Positions 60,662 to 64,000 of a DNA stretch of 64,000 nucleotides are shown here, piece by piece. Every line of letters starts with the position of its first letter. Within the stretch, counting starts at the first letter, position 1. Made by a program: the position numbers and the translations under genes. The stretch is from Planctomycetota bacterium (lineage in GTDB: Bacteria; Planctomycetota; UBA1135; UBA2386), in NCBI GenBank assembly GCA_965228735.1, contig OZ245838.1, positions 5,536,001 to 5,600,000 on the forward strand, in the 5' to 3' direction. The notes beneath the pieces are model-generated. The model was not told where the DNA came from and ran no database searches. It saw nothing but the letters and a program-made list of their open reading frames with translations.

Positions 60662-61306
60662 ATGCCTCCGGACGCGAATTCCGCGTTGCCGCCCGATCCC
60701 GGGCAACTGACGAGCCTGCACGTGCACCGGGCCGTGGCCGGAGACGAGGACAGCACCTCGTGGCTCGTCGAACGGCTCAACCCGCTGCTCGTGGCGCAGG
60801 CCCGCTGGCGACTCGGGCCCGACCTGATGCGGGTGTGCGATCCGGCGGACCTCGTGCACGAGGCCTGGCTGGTGCTGCTCCCGCGACTCGACTCCTTGCC
60901 GCCGCGTGATGGCAGGATGACGCCGGTGCTGCTGAGCTTTCTGAGCACGACGATCCTGCGCAAGGCGCAGAACCTGCTGCGGCGCGAGGCGCGGCGACGC
61001 ATGCAGACCGGCGTCGGGGCGGCGAGCAACGACGTGCCGTTCGATCTCGCGGGGCCCGCGAGCGAAGTGGTCGGCAGCGTCGTGCGGCGGGAAGCCGCGG
61101 GCAGCGTGCACGAGGCGCTCGAAGAGCTCGACGAGAAGGACCGCGAGATCCTGCTCCTGCGCGGCATCGAGCAGCACGACATGGACCACCTCGTGGCCAC
61201 GCTCGGACTCGGTCGCGAGGCGATCTACAAGCGCTACTCCCGCGCGCTTGCGCGGCTGCGCGAACGCCTGCCGGACTCGGTCTTCGACGAGCTGGCCGAC
61301 GAGTAG
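60662..61306 (+). CDS. ECF sigma factor (kinase-associated)
   Basis: 'RAVAGDEDS..WLV', 'DPADLVHEAW', 'LEELDEKDREILLLR', 'RYSRALARLRERL'. Confidence 0.88.
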   Translation: MPPDANSALPPDPGQLTSLHVHRAVAGDEDSTSWLVERLNPLLVAQARWRLGPDLMRVCDPADLVHEAWLVLLPRLDSLPPRDGRMTPVLLSFLSTTILRKAQNLLRREARRRMQTGVGAASNDVPFDLAGPASEVVGSVVRREAAGSVHEALEELDEKDREILLLRGIEQHDMDHLVATLGLGREAIYKRYSRALARLRERLPDSVFDELADE

Positions 61307-61330
61307 CCGCGTCGGCGGCAGCCGGCTGAG

Positions 61331-61648
61331 TCAGACCTGGGTCACGACTTCGCCGGCGCGCTCTTTCGCGAGTCCGGCGATCCGGTGCGCGAGATCGACG
61401 TCGAGTTGCGTGAGGCCCCCCGCGTCGTGCGTCGTCGTGAGCAGCGCGACCTCGCGATACGCCACGGTCCACTCGGGATGGTGGTCGAGCTCTTCGGCGA
61501 CGGTCGCGATCGCGGTCGTCAGCTCGACCGCGGCGGCGAACGTCGGCAGGCGGTAGCGCGCACGCAGCTCGTTGCCGTCGCGGCGCCAGCCCGAAAGTCC
61601 GGTCAGCGCGCGCGCGATCGCCGTGTCGTCGAGCAGGGCAGCCGTCAT
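61331..61648 (-). CDS. Pterin-4-alpha-carbinolamine dehydratase
   Basis: AEELDHHPEW and TTHDAGGLTQLD motifs. Confidence 0.93.
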   Translation of the reverse strand: MTAALLDDTAIARALTGLSGWRRDGNELRARYRLPTFAAAVELTTAIATVAEELDHHPEWTVAYREVALLTTTHDAGGLTQLDVDLAHRIAGLAKERAGEVVTQV

Positions 61649-61810
61649 GGTCCGCCAGTCTGCGCCGCGCCGAACCGTCCGTCCAGCGCGAGCGCCGAGG
61701 TTTCACGGTCGGGATCGCTTCCGTCGTTCCTGGGGGGCTTCGCGGGCCGCGGGGTCGCGACTACGCTGGCGTTGCCGCGCCCCGGTCGCCACCCGCAACC
61801 ACGTCGTCCC

Positions 61811-64000
61811 ATGTCGAACGCCCAGCTCCTGCGTGCGCTCACCTCGTGCGCCGTCCTGTTCGCCGTTTCGGTTGCCGCTCAGGAACGCGCTGCGTCGGGT
61901 CTCCTTCGGCTGCGGTTTGCGACGTTCGATCCCGTCGCCGCGATGCCGGCGATCCCGGCGGACCTGCGATCCGACGCGAGCGATCGCCTGTTCGTCGTGC
62001 AGTTCGCCGGTGTGCCGACGGCCTCGAGTTGCGCGGTGCTCGTGGAGTCCATGGCCGAGGTGCACGGCTACCTGCCCGACAACGCCTACGTCGTGCGCAT
62101 GGCCCCGGCGCAGCGGGCGAGCGTGGCGACGCTGCCCGGCGTGCGCTGGGTCGGGGCCTACCATCCCGCGTATCGCATCGACCCGGCGATCGTCACGGAG
62201 TTGCGCCGTGGCGATCTGGAGACGCGGCGCTACGACCTGGTCGTCGTCGACAAGCACACCGACAAGCCGGCGCTCGGGGCGAACATCCGGGCGCTCGGAG
62301 GCCAGGTGGCGCACGAACACGCGGGCTCGCTGCTCTACTCCGCGACGCTGACACCCGCGCAGCTCCTGCAGGTCGCCGGTCTCGATGAGGTGCTGTGGAT
62401 CGACGCGTGGGGGCCGGCCGAACTCGACATGGACAACGCCCGCATCCAGGGCGGCGCCGATTACGTCGAGAACCAGACGGGCTACACCGGCGCCGGCGTC
62501 AACGCGCACGTCTACGAGGGCATCGAGGCGTCGCACCCCGACTTCACGGGCCCGGTGGTCAACGTCAGCGGCAGCGGCGCGGCGACGACCCACGGCCACG
62601 CGACCGCCGGCATCGTGTTCGGCAACGGCACGAGCAACCCCGCCGTGCGCGGGATGGCGCCCGACTGCGGCAAGTTCTACACCAACTTCAGCACCCCGAC
62701 GTCGCGCTACCAGGTCGTCAGTGACCTCGTCAACGTGCACGACGTGAGCCACACGACGGCGTCGTGGGGCGGGCCGCGCACCCGGTTCTACACGTCGACG
62801 TCGGCGGCCACGGACGACATCATCTTCGACCACGACATCGCGTGGACGCAGAGCCAGAGCAACTCGGGGAACCAGGACAGCCGACCGGAGGCGTGGGCGA
62901 AGAACATCTTCTCGATCGGCGGCGTCGATCACGGCGACAACGCCAACCCGCTCGACGACAGCTGGGCGCTCGGTGGCGGCAGCACCGGGCCCGCGGTCGA
63001 CTTCCGGATCAAGCCGACGCTCGCGGCCTACTACGACGACATCGGGACGTCGGACCTGACCGGTCCGGCGGGCTACTCGAGCGGCAACTGGACGGCGGGC
63101 TTTGGCGGCACCTCGGGCTCCACGCCGATCGTGGCGGGTCACAACGTGCTCGCGATCCAGATGTTCACCGATGACACGGGGACGCCGGGGATCGGCCGCT
63201 TCGGCAACCCGCTGCGCAACCCCGGAGGTTCGGCGCACGACAACCGGCCGCACTTCACGGCGCTGAAGTGCCTGCAGGTCGTGAGCGCGCGCCAGTACGC
63301 GTTCACGGCGACGAGCACCGACAATCGTCGGGAGCATGTCGGCTGGGGCTTCCCGGATCTGCAGACCATGTGGGACGACCGCGGCAAGACCTACATCGTC
63401 GACGAGACGGACGTGCTCGCCCCGGGCACGGCCAGCCGCTTCGACGTCGCCGTCGGCGCGGGCGAGCCGTCGCTGCGGATCGCGATGCACTACGCCGAGC
63501 CGGCCGCGAACCCGGCCGCCGCGAAGACCCTGATCAACGACCTCGACCTGCGTGTCGTCGGGCCGACCGGCACGGTCTACTGGGGCAACGCCGGGCTCGA
63601 GCAGGGCAACTGGTCCACTGTCGGCGGCAACCCCGACGACACCAACCCGATCGAGTGCGTGTTCGTGCAGAACCCGACGCCGGGTCAGTGGCACGTCGAC
63701 GTCGTCGCGCGCGCCGTCGTTGCCGACAACCACGTCGAGACGGCGGTGCTCGATGCGGACTACGGCCTCGTGATCGTCGGCGGTCAGACGACGCCGGGGA
63801 CGGCGCCGGCGCTCGCCGAGTTCGAGATCTATGGCCAGGGTTGCCCGGGTTCGGTGCAGCTGCCCAACCATTGCGCGCAGCTCAACGGCAACGGCGGTGC
63901 GCTGGTCGGCAGCACCAACCAATGGGAGTACACCTATGAGGTTACCGGCGTCGGCAGCGCCCAGGTCCTGAGCTTCGACCTCTACACCGCCTCGATCGCC
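61811..64000 (+). CDS. S8 subtilase-family serine protease, 3'-truncated by the window edge
   Basis: Not in the ORF track because it has no stop; translated by hand from ATG 61811. Signal VAA-Q; GYTGAGV..HVYEGI..SHPDF, HGHATAG, SQSNSG, IKPTL, FGGTSGSTP, GWGFP, INDLDL. Confidence 0.88.
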   Translation, partial: MSNAQLLRALTSCAVLFAVSVAAQERAASGLLRLRFATFDPVAAMPAIPADLRSDASDRLFVVQFAGVPTASSCAVLVESMAEVHGYLPDNAYVVRMAPAQRASVATLPGVRWVGAYHPAYRIDPAIVTELRRGDLETRRYDLVVVDKHTDKPALGANIRALGGQVAHEHAGSLLYSATLTPAQLLQVAGLDEVLWIDAWGPAELDMDNARIQGGADYVENQTGYTGAGVNAHVYEGIEASHPDFTGPVVNVSGSGAATTHGHATAGIVFGNGTSNPAVRGMAPDCGKFYTNFSTPTSRYQVVSDLVNVHDVSHTTASWGGPRTRFYTSTSAATDDIIFDHDIAWTQSQSNSGNQDSRPEAWAKNIFSIGGVDHGDNANPLDDSWALGGGSTGPAVDFRIKPTLAAYYDDIGTSDLTGPAGYSSGNWTAGFGGTSGSTPIVAGHNVLAIQMFTDDTGTPGIGRFGNPLRNPGGSAHDNRPHFTALKCLQVVSARQYAFTATSTDNRREHVGWGFPDLQTMWDDRGKTYIVDETDVLAPGTASRFDVAVGAGEPSLRIAMHYAEPAANPAAAKTLINDLDLRVVGPTGTVYWGNAGLEQGNWSTVGGNPDDTNPIECVFVQNPTPGQWHVDVVARAVVADNHVETAVLDADYGLVIVGGQTTPGTAPALAEFEIYGQGCPGSVQLPNHCAQLNGNGGALVGSTNQWEYTYEVTGVGSAQVLSFDLYTASIA

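Overview
Very GC-rich bacterial chromosomal segment with about 43 genes. The gene content (membrane-fused ECF sigma factors, a Ser/Thr kinase-ECF pair, many secreted proteins sharing a Gly/Pro-rich beta-domain) suggests Planctomycetota; this is inference. The standout locus is a six-gene + strand operon at 11285-19132: AlgE-type porin, Rieske protein, b6-type cytochrome b, octaheme HAO-family cytochrome, napA and a tetraheme double-NapB lipoprotein, with no napC, napGH, napD or cytochrome c1. It looks like a Rieske/cytb-fed periplasmic nitrate/nitrite reduction module. Other notable items are a sigma54 activator/VIT-VWA GlyGly-CTERM/rhombosortase locus with a visible -24/-12 promoter, a recurrent ~120-aa domain in about eight secreted proteins, signal peptides cleaving before Gln, eroded leuC/leuD beside intact leuB, a divergent GNAT-like pair around twin TTGTACAA palindromes, a perfect 34-bp inverted repeat, a membrane-anchored phage tail-collar protein, and a subtilase with Glu at the catalytic Asp position. 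Housekeeping genes include lepA, leuB, hutF, hutG and a pterin carbinolamine dehydratase. I saw no rRNA, tRNA, CRISPR array or transposase. All family calls come from motifs read by eye, not from database searches.
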